Shown here: one piece after another, positions 31,056 through 42,474 of the stretch
Numbering within the stretch: the first letter of the stretch is position 1
How the letters are laid out: each line of letters opens with the position of its first letter
Assembly: GCA_963666365.2 (NCBI GenBank)
Contig: CAXXNF010000002.1
Span: 960,001-1,024,000, forward strand
Direction of reading: 5' to 3'
From: Syntrophales bacterium
Lineage (GTDB): Bacteria; Desulfobacterota; Syntrophia; Syntrophales; UBA2210
Length of the DNA: 64,000 nucleotides
Notes under the pieces: model-generated
Database searches by the model: none
The model's input: only the letters and a program-made list of their open reading frames with translations
Told to the model about the DNA's origin: nothing
Position numbers and translations under genes: made by a program

Positions 31056-32331
31056 TGTAAATGACACCCTTCAGCATTTCCTCTTTTTTCTCGACACATG
31101 CCGCAATGGACTCGTCGATTATCTCCAGCCCTTTGCGAAGTTGCTGCTCTTCGATCACAAGGGGGGGCAAAAACTTGATGACATCGTTCTTGGCGCCGGC
31201 CCGTTCAATCACCAGCCCCCGCTCAAATGCCTCGGCCGTCACCGCGCCGCTGAAACCCTGCTGAGGAAAGTGCAGCCCATAGATCATCCCGCGCCCGCGC
31301 ACACTTACTCCAAGATCCTTGTACGTCTCGGCAATTCGCTCGAGTTCTTCCTTCAGGATCGCCTCCCGATATTTGATCGCCTCGGCTAAATCCGAATTAT
31401 CCCAATACGATAGAAGCTCCGTCGAAGCTATGAACGCCAGGTTGTTGCCCCTGAAGGTCCCGGTGTGTTCACCCGGTTTCCACTGATCAAGCTCCGGTTT
31501 CATAAGCACCAGGGCCAGAGGAAGCCCGCCGCCTATTGACTTGGACAGAATCACGATATCGGGATTGATCCCCGATTCTTCAAAGCTGAAGAACGTGCCC
31601 GTCCTGCCGTTTCCCACCTGAATGTCGTCAATCACGAGCAGCACATCAAAATCCCGGCAGACCTGCTCTATGTCCTTGAGCCACTGGCAGCTCGCCACAT
31701 TGACGCCCCCTTCCGCCTGGACCGTTTCCAGGAAAACCGCCGCCGGAAGATCGACGCCGCTGCTGCTGTCTTCAAGAAATTTTCTCAGGTACAGCGCCGT
31801 ATCGACGCCGTCTCCGAAGTACCCGTCGTAGGGCATGAAGGTAACGTTCGCCCTGTTGATGAAGGCCTCATCCCGGTAAAAGGCATTACCCGTAATTGCC
31901 ATGGATCCCATAGTGAGGCCGTGAAATCCGTTGGTAAAGGATATGACGTTCGATCGCCCTTTCACCATGCGGACGATCTTCAGCGCCGTTTCAACGGCGT
32001 TGGTCCCCGTGGGACCGCAGAACTGCACCTTGTACTCAAGGTGACGGGGCTGCAATATCGTGTAGTACAGCTTTTCAAGAAACTTCTTCTTTGCCGTCGT
32101 CGCCTTGTCGAGACCATGCACGATCCCGTCGTTTTTGATGTATTCGATAAGGGCTTCGTTGACGATAGGATTGTTGTGCCCGTAGTTGATCGTCCCCGCG
32201 CCCGCAAAGAAATCTATGTATTCCTTTCCCTGTTCGTCATAAAGTGTGGACCATTTTGCACTGCTGAATACAGTGGGAAAATGACGCACATAACTTCTAA
32301 CCTGTGATTCAAGCTGTTCAAATATTCTCAT
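31045..32331 (-). CDS. ectB: diaminobutyrate--2-oxoglutarate transaminase
   Basis: ES.VRSY, DFFAGAG, GPTGTNAVE, LSKS and PGEH.GTFRG. Confidence 0.95.
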   Translation of the reverse strand: MRIFEQLESQVRSYVRHFPTVFSSAKWSTLYDEQGKEYIDFFAGAGTINYGHNNPIVNEALIEYIKNDGIVHGLDKATTAKKKFLEKLYYTILQPRHLEYKVQFCGPTGTNAVETALKIVRMVKGRSNVISFTNGFHGLTMGSMAITGNAFYRDEAFINRANVTFMPYDGYFGDGVDTALYLRKFLEDSSSGVDLPAAVFLETVQAEGGVNVASCQWLKDIEQVCRDFDVLLVIDDIQVGNGRTGTFFSFEESGINPDIVILSKSIGGGLPLALVLMKPELDQWKPGEHTGTFRGNNLAFIASTELLSYWDNSDLAEAIKYREAILKEELERIAETYKDLGVSVRGRGMIYGLHFPQQGFSGAVTAEAFERGLVIERAGAKNDVIKFLPPLVIEEQQLRKGLEIIDESIAACVEKKEEMLKGVIYNDH

Positions 32332-32352
32332 ATCTTCTCCTTTTATAATTCG

Positions 32353-32871
32353 TTATTGCCGGTCGGTGTTGAGCGGACCGATACGGATACAACGTTCCTC
32401 TTCATGTGTCCTGCCGCCGAAAAGGTCCTCCGTCAAATAGGAATGCTGCTGGAATGAAGCGGCATGTTTCTCTGCAAAGACCTGATAAAACCGCAGCGAT
32501 GAGCGATTCGAGGGGGTAACCGTCGTTTCGATAAAAGATGCCCAGGGTGCACCCTCTGAAAGTAGACGATCCAACATGGCGCCGGCAAGCCTTCGGCCGC
32601 GCATCTTCTCCGCGACGGCCACCTGCCATACAAAAAGCGTATCCTCCTGTCTCGGATGCCGATAGGCAGAAATAAAACCCACCACTTCCGATTGCCGCTC
32701 CGCCATTATGCATGTCTCTCTAAAATGATCACACAACAGCAGATAGCAATAGGAAGAGTTCAGATCGAGCGGCGGCGACTTCCGTATCAATTCATACACG
32801 GCCGCCCCATCCTCCAGCGTCGGCATGCGCAAGATAACAGCGCCTTCCCTCATATGTTCAGCCTCACTCAT
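32353..32871 (-). CDS. ectA: diaminobutyrate acetyltransferase
   Basis: PPLDLNSSYCY, LFVWQVAV and HEEE. Start 32871 or 32853. Confidence 0.93.
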   Translation of the reverse strand: MSEAEHMREGAVILRMPTLEDGAAVYELIRKSPPLDLNSSYCYLLLCDHFRETCIMAERQSEVVGFISAYRHPRQEDTLFVWQVAVAEKMRGRRLAGAMLDRLLSEGAPWASFIETTVTPSNRSSLRFYQVFAEKHAASFQQHSYLTEDLFGGRTHEEERCIRIGPLNTDRQ

Positions 32872-33141
32872 AGACAAACTTCCCTGCAGACAGGGCATAC
32901 CTCGGAATCGATCGCCCTGGCCGCTTACGTGCGATTATCACACAACGGATGTACTCTGGATTACCGCCGCAACGCTTATCTCTGGAAGAACCATCATGCA
33001 GATAACCGCCGCCGCTAAAGGGGCAGGGTCACAAAAACCGGCAACATCAAACTATCAGCAGTCAGACACAGTACCAATCGCACAATCACCCCTTCAACTC
33101 TCGACCCGGCTTTTGTTTTACCTATCATTTGTTGAATTGAA

Positions 33142-33174
33142 ACTATTTATACACTAATAGTGCGCGGCTGTCAA
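33142..33174 (-). promoter_or_regulatory. sigma70 promoter of ectABC with overlapping palindromic operator
   Basis: TTGACA(33174-69)-17-TATAAA(33151-46), with ACTATT-N8-AATAGT at 33142-33161. Confidence 0.65.
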
Positions 33175-33206
33175 GGCAGCGTCCCGGAAAAACCCTGAAG
33201 ACCGCC

Positions 33207-33235
33207 TTGACAGGACTCTTGCCCCTCCCTATAAT
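33207..33235 (+). promoter_or_regulatory. perfect-consensus sigma70 promoter
   Basis: TTGACA-17 nt-TATAAT. Confidence 0.75.
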
Positions 33236-33267
33236 CCATACACACAAAACAGAGGGAGGTACCCAAC

Positions 33268-33789
33268 ATGAAAGAAGTTCCGGCGTACGAGAAATATCCT
33301 GTCAGCGAAGAAGTAATGGGAAAACGTTACAAAAACTGGACAGAAGCGCTTGCCAGGCAGATGGTGACCCTTTACAGAATCGGAAAAGAGGTGGGGGGCG
33401 ATAAATTTGTTGAACGTCTGAAGGAAGAATATTACGAGAGCGGCCGAAAGGGAGCGGGTATGTGGATGAACTTTACGGGCACTACGAAAAACGACTTTAA
33501 AGATTGCTCACACCTTCCCAAAATTCATGATCTTATCGACGACACATTCGCCAACTACTGGGACGGATATGTGGAGCAGACCTCCCAGGCATTTGAAAAA
33601 GAACTCTATACCTGTCCCGTGGCAAAAATATGGTCGAAGGAACCTGATCTGTGTGAAGTGCTGTTGGGAGAATCCTTGCGAGGCATGGCCACGGAACTCA
33701 ATCCCAAATTCAAAACCGAAGGGTTCAGCAAACTACTGACCAAGGGCGACAGCGTCTGCCGCTTCCGTGTTGAATTGGAAGAGGAATAA
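33268..33789 (+). CDS. ATC-hydrolase-like/V4R-like hypothetical protein
   Basis: GGAGG RBS and CP...W....C...L..GD..CRF Cys pattern. Confidence 0.6.
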   Translation: MKEVPAYEKYPVSEEVMGKRYKNWTEALARQMVTLYRIGKEVGGDKFVERLKEEYYESGRKGAGMWMNFTGTTKNDFKDCSHLPKIHDLIDDTFANYWDGYVEQTSQAFEKELYTCPVAKIWSKEPDLCEVLLGESLRGMATELNPKFKTEGFSKLLTKGDSVCRFRVELEEE

Positions 33790-34113
33790 TCGTTGTGCTC
33801 ATCGGGACGGCTGTTTCTAATCCGGCGAGACCGACATAATCGGTCATCTGTCAATTGAAAAACAGGCAATATGACGGTCCCCTAAAAAATCACACCTCAT
33901 CCTCTGCCACTAGGGAAGGGGAATCTGAGCTGCGCAACAACTGATTTTTTTCTCCCGCGGAGACGCCGAGGCACAGAGAAAAACATTTTCCCCTGTCCTC
34001 AGCGTCTCTGCGCGACAATCCGCTCTTTTTTCTTCTACTCTGCCCGGGAAACAATGCGTTACCTTCCATTATAATGCCGATCTTTCGGCATAGCAGAGCT
34101 TTTCATTACATAG

Positions 34114-34280
34114 TGTCATTGCGGGCAACCGAAGAGAGCACTACAATCCCACCTGTGCATCGGCGCACGACCCGTGACATTCCCTCATCGCTGCACTCCC
34201 CGCATTGACACAAACACCTGTCATTGCGAGCAACCGAAGGGCGCGCGGCAATGCCACCTGCGCACCGGCAGCAATGAAGG
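34114..34280. repeat. two degenerate copies of a REP-like element
   Basis: tgtcattgcg(g/a)gcaaccgaag...caat.ccacctg at about 34114 and about 34219. Confidence 0.6.
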
Positions 34281-34561
34281 TCCCGTAAAAAATCGCTACT
34301 CACCCTTTCGTTTTACTCATTCTCCGACATCGGATCATCCCCGCGTGTGCGGGGAACATAGCCCTATTCGTACCGTTCTATCAGAAATCATCGGTGCATC
34401 CCCGCGTGTGCGGGGAACATTTGCCTCGGCGTGATATTTTGCGTAAATCCCTCGGTGCATCCCCGCGTGTGCGGGGAACATCCATGCCCCACATAGGCTA
34501 AATGTCAATGGTCTTTTAAAAATGAGCCATTTTCGGTCGTGAAAACTGAGCCACTCGCCTC

Positions 34562-35332
34562 TTAACCATGGTCCATTTTTTCCTCCCCTTGCTCAGTGTT
34601 TTTCCGAAGTCTGTAACTGTTGCCCCGGATATTTATTATAATGCTGTGATGGAGCAGGCGATCCAGAAACGCCGTGACGATGACCGGATCGTGAAACAGC
34701 TCGGTCCAGTCGGAAAAGGCCTTGTTGGACGTGATCACAGTGCTGGCCTTCTCATAGCGGTTGGCAATGAATCTGAAAAAAAGGTTGCATTCCTCTCTGT
34801 CGATTGGTGTATAGCCGACCTCGTCAACGATCACCAGTGCCGATTTGTAATAGCTTCTTCCTCTGCCTTTGCGTCCTGCCTCGTGATCTTTTTTCAGTTT
34901 CCCGATTAGATCCTCCATCGTCGTAAAGTAAATGCTCATGCCCGCCTGACAGGCCTTCAATGCGAGAGAGACGGCCAGGTGGGTCTTGCCCACGCCCGGA
35001 GGCCCCAAAAAGATGACATTCCCTTTCTCACGGATAAAGGTCAGATCGAAAAGCGACATGACTTTCTGACGATCCAGCTTGGGTTGAAAGGTAAAGTCGA
35101 ATTCATCAATGCTCTTGATAAAGGGGAGCCCCGATATCTTCAGCGCCGTTTCCACCCGTCGCTGTTCCTTGCAGGCGATTTCCTCTTCCAGCAGTTCGTC
35201 GAGAAAGGAAAGATAGCTTGCGCTTTTTTCCTCGGCCGTTTTGGTCGCCTGTACAAGTATGGCGCCCATTCGGGAGAGCCGAAGCCGCGTGAGACTGGAC
35301 TGTATGCGATCGACAAGCAATGTCTCGTTCAT
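34562..35332 (-). CDS. istB: IS21 helper ATPase
   Basis: FDFTFQP, GPPGVGKTHLA, DEVGY, TSN and DRLLHH. Confidence 0.95.
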   Translation of the reverse strand: MNETLLVDRIQSSLTRLRLSRMGAILVQATKTAEEKSASYLSFLDELLEEEIACKEQRRVETALKISGLPFIKSIDEFDFTFQPKLDRQKVMSLFDLTFIREKGNVIFLGPPGVGKTHLAVSLALKACQAGMSIYFTTMEDLIGKLKKDHEAGRKGRGRSYYKSALVIVDEVGYTPIDREECNLFFRFIANRYEKASTVITSNKAFSDWTELFHDPVIVTAFLDRLLHHSIIINIRGNSYRLRKNTEQGEEKMDHG

Positions 35333-36588
35333 AGGCCCATCTCCCCGACGAGCGAGTCATACAGCGCTGTGGGACGGATTTCAACGTCCATGGTGGCATA
35401 GGACGACTTCAAGGGACTGATGGTGCATTTGGCGCGTCCCTTACCGTGTCTGCCCCGGCCATATTTGCGCTTGTTCATCTCCCGGTCTTTTCTGAGCGCC
35501 TCGTAGAAGCGGGGATCTTGGACCAAGTTCCCCTTGCCTTCCGGAATGTCGTACGTCGCCAACAGGCAATCGTCGTGGAATATCCGCATGCATCTGTCCT
35601 TGACCCGTAAAATCAGATGCTTCCCCACCACGGTATGGGGCACTACATAACTGTTGCCTTCGAAACGGACCAGGCAGTCCTTGCTGACCTTGCGGTACAC
35701 GCGGTACGACGTATCGAAAGGGCGGGAAGGCAACGCCTGTAAATGAGGAAGTTCGCGGGCGAAACGGCACGCTACGACTTCATGGGTGGTGCCGTGCACA
35801 CGCTCGTCTTTCATTGCAATCCATTGCTGAAGATCTCGATTGGCCGTTGTGAGACACACATATCCGTACCCCCTCCAGAACCCTTCACGGATGAAATGGT
35901 AGGGCCGCTCGACTTTTCCCTTCACCCAGGCGGCATAGGCGGGGGCAACCGCCGGTTTGAACCCATTATGCAGCGCAAAGGCCATCAGCGTGTCGTTGAA
36001 TCGATCTTTGCCGGCCAGTTTCCCGATGAACACGTTTCTCATGCGATCGTAAAGTATCTCCGCCGGGATGCCCCCGAAATGTTCGAAGGCGCGAATATGA
36101 CAATCGAGAAAGGTGGGCAGGTCGCATCGCTCAATGAATTCGCCATACAGTTTTCTGGAGTATCCCAGAATCATTGAAAACAGATAGAGCTTCTTGACGC
36201 TCCCGTCGGCATTGGCAACCTGGAATTCACCAAAATCCACCTGCGCCTGAAAGCCCGGCTCCGTCTCAAACCGCATATAGGCCACGCGCTGTTGTTCCGC
36301 TTTGAGCTGATGCACCTGCCTTTTCACGATTTCATAACTTCCGGTAAATCCCATTGCACGGAGCCGATCATAGAGCAGGGTGGCCCTGTACTCGCCGTCT
36401 TCCTCCAACCATGCCGCAATATTGTCCCTATAGGGATCTACGAGACTCTTGCGCTTCGCCTTCTCTCTCGTAACTCCCTGATCCCCTTGATTCTCTATAT
36501 ACTTCTTCACCGTGTTCCTGCTGATCCCCAGCTTCCGTGAAATGTGCCTCTGGCTCAGTCCTCTTCTCTGTAATAACAATATGTCCAA
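35329..36588 (-). CDS. istA: IS21 transposase
   Basis: HTH, RFETEPG.QAQVDFG, YSR, KGKVER and HGTT. Confidence 0.95.
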   Translation of the reverse strand: MDILLLQRRGLSQRHISRKLGISRNTVKKYIENQGDQGVTREKAKRKSLVDPYRDNIAAWLEEDGEYRATLLYDRLRAMGFTGSYEIVKRQVHQLKAEQQRVAYMRFETEPGFQAQVDFGEFQVANADGSVKKLYLFSMILGYSRKLYGEFIERCDLPTFLDCHIRAFEHFGGIPAEILYDRMRNVFIGKLAGKDRFNDTLMAFALHNGFKPAVAPAYAAWVKGKVERPYHFIREGFWRGYGYVCLTTANRDLQQWIAMKDERVHGTTHEVVACRFARELPHLQALPSRPFDTSYRVYRKVSKDCLVRFEGNSYVVPHTVVGKHLILRVKDRCMRIFHDDCLLATYDIPEGKGNLVQDPRFYEALRKDREMNKRKYGRGRHGKGRAKCTISPLKSSYATMDVEIRPTALYDSLVGEMGL

Positions 36589-39460
36589 AACGGTCTCCTT
36601 TTTTTCAAATCAGCCACCTCGATTACTCTGAGATAAATAACCATACTTTACTCATTCATCTCATTAACTCCACCTCTAAGTGGCTCACTTTTAAACGACC
36701 ATTTTTGGCTCAGTTTATCACGACCATGAACACTAAAACAGTCCGGCCGGTTCATCCCCGCGTGTGCGGGGAACATTGTTGACTCGTTCAAAGATCCCCA
36801 TGTGGCCGCGGTTCATCCCCGCGTGTGCGGGGAACATATTGTTAATCGAAGCTGTTCCCATTGTTTGTCCGGTTCATCCCCGCGTGTGCGGGGAACATAT
36901 GATTTTCTCGTTGTCGATCGGGCCGTCCGTCGGTTCATCCCCGCGTGTGCGGGGAACATGCCATAAGCACGGAAGAAAAGCAAAATCAAATAGGTTCATC
37001 CCCGCGTGTGCGGGGAACATTAATCTCGGGTCTATTTCCAAGAAATTTCTTACGGTTTATCCCCGCGTGTGCGGGGAACATGGAACCGGCCGTCACTTGC
37101 TCTATGGCACTGTCGGTTCATCCCCGCGTGTGCGGGGAACATGAGGGTACCGTGTGGGAACTGATCGGAGGATGCGGTTCATCCCCGCGTGTGCGGGGAA
37201 CATATTAGGATATGTCAATACATACAACAATAATACGGTTCATCCCCGCGTGTGCGGGGAACATCATCCGGGATTTTTGGGGAATTCGTCAAACGGCGGT
37301 TCATCCCCGCGTGTGCGGGGAACATAGATCCGCCAGCCGCTTTTTGATGGCATTGACCGGTTCATCCCCGCGTGTGCGGGGAACATTCGGCATACCCTGA
37401 AACATCGTCCCCGTAGGTCGGTTCATCCCCGCGTGTGCGGGGAACATTCGGAACGAACGTCCTGCGGGCCCGCAAATCCCGGTTCATCCCCGCGTGTGCG
37501 GGGAACATAGGCCAAGGATGGTTTTAACCTGTGCGAGCGTCGGTTCATCCCCGCGTGTGCGGGGAACATGCCCGCAATTTGCACTTCTTAATGATATGCA
37601 CCGGTTCATCCCCGCGTGTGCGGGGAACATTGGAACGTGTCGGGACTGCGAAACATATCCCCCGGTTCATCCCCGCGTGTGCGGGGAACATTCCCGAGAG
37701 CGCCGGTGAAGATCGGGCTTTTCCGGTTCATCCCCGCGTGTGCGGGGAACATTCGAACACCCGCGCCCACCATTCGGACTCGCGCGGTTCATCCCCGCGT
37801 GTGCGGGGAACATGATACCTTCGATGCTGAAGCCCGGTTGCTGTACGGTTCATCCCCGCGTGTGCGGGGAACATTGCCACAATCAAATAATGATCGCCGC
37901 CAGTGTCGGTTCATCCCCGCGTGTGCGGGGAACATTCACTTTCCTCTCTCCCTTCCACTTTCAAAACCGGTTCATCCCCGCGTGTGCGGGGAACATATTT
38001 TCAAGAAGTTATCAACGCTCATTTTTTTCGGTTCATCCCCGCGTGTGCGGGGAACATTTGCAGAGGTCGCCGTTAAAGCTCCGGCATTACGGTTCATCCC
38101 CGCGTGTGCGGGGAACATATTGCCAGAAGCATCCCAATTTATGCCTCCGTCGGTTCATCCCCGCGTGTGCGGGGAACATTTCTTACTTATAGCCACCATA
38201 TCTGTAGGCAACGGTTCATCCCCGCGTGTGCGGGGAACATCTGAACGTCAAAAAGAAGACCGTGGATGACACCGGTTCATCCCCGCGTGTGCGGGGAACA
38301 TTATTCCTGTTTCGTTTTTCGGTATCCACAGCGCGGTTCATCCCCGCGTGTGCGGGGAACATAGGGTGTCGGGGAGAGTTATACTGAAGACCCCCGGTTC
38401 ATCCCCGCGTGTGCGGGGAACATTTGTCCATACCAAAAAGCCGGACCTCGACAACCGGTTCATCCCCGCGTGTGCGGGGAACATTTTCGATGATTGACGT
38501 TGGGATCGACGGGATACGGTTCATCCCCGCGTGTGCGGGGAACATTGTCTCTCTGGTAGTCCCTCGCGTCGAATGTTCGGTTCATCCCCGCGTGTGCGGG
38601 GAACATCTGGTTCATCGCTTCCAGCAGGAACCTCCCCTCGGTTCATCCCCGCGTGTGCGGGGAACATCTCGGCATCGCAGGATTCACGGCGGGAATCATC
38701 GGTTCATCCCCGCGTGTGCGGGGAACATATCGTTGGCAGTTTCAATCAAGACAGGTCAACCGGTTCATCCCCGCGTGTGCGGGGAACATGTATTAACCTT
38801 GGCAGCCATAGCCACTATCGGCGGTTCATCCCCGCGTGTGCGGGGAACATTCTATTGTTTTACGTCTCATTTTCCCTACCTCCGGTTCATCCCCGCGTGT
38901 GCGGGGAACATCTGGTAGCCGTCGCCCACCCACACGTAATGCTCGGTTCATCCCCGCGTGTGCGGGGAACATGTGATTCCGGTATTGTAGGCGTCCACGA
39001 AATCCGGTTCATCCCCGCGTGTGCGGGGAACATTTGCGACCAACGATGGAACGCCGACAGAGATACGGTTCATCCCCGCGTGTGCGGGGAACATTAGCAG
39101 ACAGTCATTGTGGTCATGTCGCCGGGCGGTTCATCCCCGCGTGTGCGGGGAACATTACACACGCATCAGCATGTGACCACCCGATAGCGGTTCATCCCCG
39201 CGTGTGCGGGGAACATCCCGGTCGCCACGACCTGGCCGGTGGAGTGGACGGTTCATCCCCGCGTGTGCGGGGAACATGGCACGCCAATCGTGGTGACGCG
39301 GGCGATCCCCGGTTCATCCCCGCGTGTGCGGGGAACATAGCTGATGCGCACGATCCGCGACGAGCAGTGGCGGTTCATCCCCGCGTGTGCGGGGAACATT
39401 ATGATAGGCGATTCAAACGCTGGGTTTGGAACGGTTCATCCCCGCGTGTGCGGGGAACAT

Positions 39461-39520
39461 GCTTCTTGTACATCTACGGTAATATTCAGTTTTCAAAGAT
39501 CAACAAATCCTACCAACTTT
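39461..39520 (-). promoter_or_regulatory. CRISPR leader
   Basis: 60 nt between the cas2 stop and the first repeat, beginning AAAGTTGGT like the E. coli I-E leader upstream motif. Confidence 0.75.
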
Positions 39521-40742
<1,222 letters not shown>

Positions 40743-40744
40743 GG

Positions 40745-41629
40745 TTAAATCCTTTTTACCATCATGAGACCACAACCAAATGCCTTGGCTGAACCGATAC
40801 CTTTGTAAAGCGCGTTGATAAATTGCATAGGATCTGTCACTTTGATTACTCCTTCAAAATCAGCAGAACTGAATCCGGCTGAACGTCCTTTTCGGGGGAT
40901 AGGATGCCAGCGGTATCCTTCTGCCTGAAATTTTAGACGCTTTTGTTTTTGATCAGTTGCTATAACAAATCCATTCTTTTTTCCTTTATCCCTTAACCAT
41001 TCTTCCAGTTTCAAATCCGAAGCAGCCTTCAGCGCCGATTCAAAAAGTTTTGCCGGAGATAATGTCTGGTCAAGAAGCTCCCGGTATCGTTCATTCACCT
41101 CCATCGTTTGCTCAAGTTTCGCCTTAATCCCAGAATCTTTCGATTCAAGCCATGATTCGAGAATCAGTTTTTTAAGATCAGATTTTTTGCCCACATTTTT
41201 CACTTCGGCAGCATGTGCCAATTCTCGCAAGCAGTGGTACTGTGCATCCATGACAACATCATGTCGCACAGAGTTTTTCCTGCCATTTTCTTTGCGCGCC
41301 ACCGTCGGATTCGCCCGCAACTTAAATGACAATTGTTCACCAGCAATAAAATTGGGGTTATAAATTTTGCTTTCAACAATAAACAAAGGATGTTCATTCT
41401 TGGGTTTGTTTTGTGACACTAAATAAAAGATTGGCTCTCCTCGGGCGCCCCTGTAATGAGGGATTTGTTCTCCTGCGATTTCTTCACGAAAAAGAAATTT
41501 TCGTTCTTGATCTCCCGGGAAGAAATCCCAAAACAACTGATGAACGCTGTAACCGTCACCACGGAGGATGTTATGCAAATGCGATAACTCACGGATATCA
41601 GGTTTTACCCTAACTCTGGAGAAATACAT
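40745..41629 (-). CDS. cas6e: type I-E Cas6e with large insertion
   Basis: Y..HQ..W, F.LRANP and G-loop GIGSAKAFGCG. 294 aa. Confidence 0.92.
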   Translation of the reverse strand: MYFSRVRVKPDIRELSHLHNILRGDGYSVHQLFWDFFPGDQERKFLFREEIAGEQIPHYRGARGEPIFYLVSQNKPKNEHPLFIVESKIYNPNFIAGEQLSFKLRANPTVARKENGRKNSVRHDVVMDAQYHCLRELAHAAEVKNVGKKSDLKKLILESWLESKDSGIKAKLEQTMEVNERYRELLDQTLSPAKLFESALKAASDLKLEEWLRDKGKKNGFVIATDQKQKRLKFQAEGYRWHPIPRKGRSAGFSSADFEGVIKVTDPMQFINALYKGIGSAKAFGCGLMMVKRI

Positions 41630-42465
41630 TAGTCAACCTCCTTCATAAAAAGGTACTCTGGCCTCTGCGTGAATTGCCAACGTCTTCGAGAAAGAGGCTG
41701 ATCGTGCCTCGTAAGAATCTGTTGGGGTTCAAGATCATCGGTATTCCCTTCCCAATAATAGCGTACCTGATGCCTGTCGATAGATAAAATATGCACATCA
41801 TCCTGCGATAAATTCGCAAGGGAGGGTGATTCAGACAAAACACCTGTTCCTGCTTCTTTCCGGGCAACTCGAACCAAACGATCAGATATATACAAGGGAC
41901 CACAGGGGTACTCATCAAGTGCCTGTCGAAAACCTTTGGCAGTACGAACCACGGGCTTAAGCGGAGCTGCCAAAGGACATGCCTTGCGGCCAAGGTACAG
42001 ATGAAATTTAGGTTTCAGCAATGCATTACAAAGTTCTTCAAGGGTGTATGGCGCGTTTTCCAAGGGGCAAACTGCAATCAGTGACAACGAATCACAACGA
42101 TATTCACGGCTGGATAAAATCGTGCCCGAATGTTTTGGAACGTCTGCTTGATATCTTTTTAATGCTTTCAACTCATCTTTTCTGGTCTTCACAGGATATC
42201 TAGCAACAGCGACTTGTGGTGGAACCTGAGTGGTATGATAGTCCCGCAACAGGCTACCACCACTAATTACTTTCACGGCAAAGCTATAACCTGTAACCAA
42301 AGCAAGTTGTTGATCTTCCTCATCACGCCTGATTCCAAGAGCGGCTGCCAATAATCCGAGAAGAGCTGACTTGCCCGGATATGATGCAGTATGCCTGGAT
42401 TCTCCAACCGCGATTTCGCCCCAACTGGCCAACGGACCATATAGACGAAAAAGCAAATATTCCAT
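41629..42465 (-). CDS. cas5e: type I-E Cas5e
   Basis: L.GPLASWG, SALLGLLAAALG, DYHT and YLGRKAC. Confidence 0.93.
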   Translation of the reverse strand: MEYLLFRLYGPLASWGEIAVGESRHTASYPGKSALLGLLAAALGIRRDEEDQQLALVTGYSFAVKVISGGSLLRDYHTTQVPPQVAVARYPVKTRKDELKALKRYQADVPKHSGTILSSREYRCDSLSLIAVCPLENAPYTLEELCNALLKPKFHLYLGRKACPLAAPLKPVVRTAKGFRQALDEYPCGPLYISDRLVRVARKEAGTGVLSESPSLANLSQDDVHILSIDRHQVRYYWEGNTDDLEPQQILTRHDQPLSRRRWQFTQRPEYLFMKEVD

Positions 42466-42474
42466 TGCTCCCTC

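Larger units (their letters stand above)
34503..36732 (-). mobile_element. IS21-family insertion sequence
   Basis: TG...CA ends, imperfect IRs tgtcaatggtc..tgagcca / tgttcatggtc..tgagcca with internal repeats, and 5-bp TSD CTAAA (34498-502, 36733-37). Confidence 0.95.
34331..39460 (-). CRISPR. type I-E CRISPR array, 48 repeats/47 spacers, interrupted by IS21
   Basis: 29-nt repeat ATGTTCCCCGCACACGCGGGGATGAACCG (minus strand) with a 61-nt period. 45 repeats at 36748-39460 plus 3 degenerate distal repeats at 34331, 34392 and 34453. Confidence 0.98.

Noticed and set aside
38607..38638. Spacer resembling the repeat (ggttcatc...ggaac)
   Set aside because: Only short matches with the wrong spacing and no hairpin, so probably chance.
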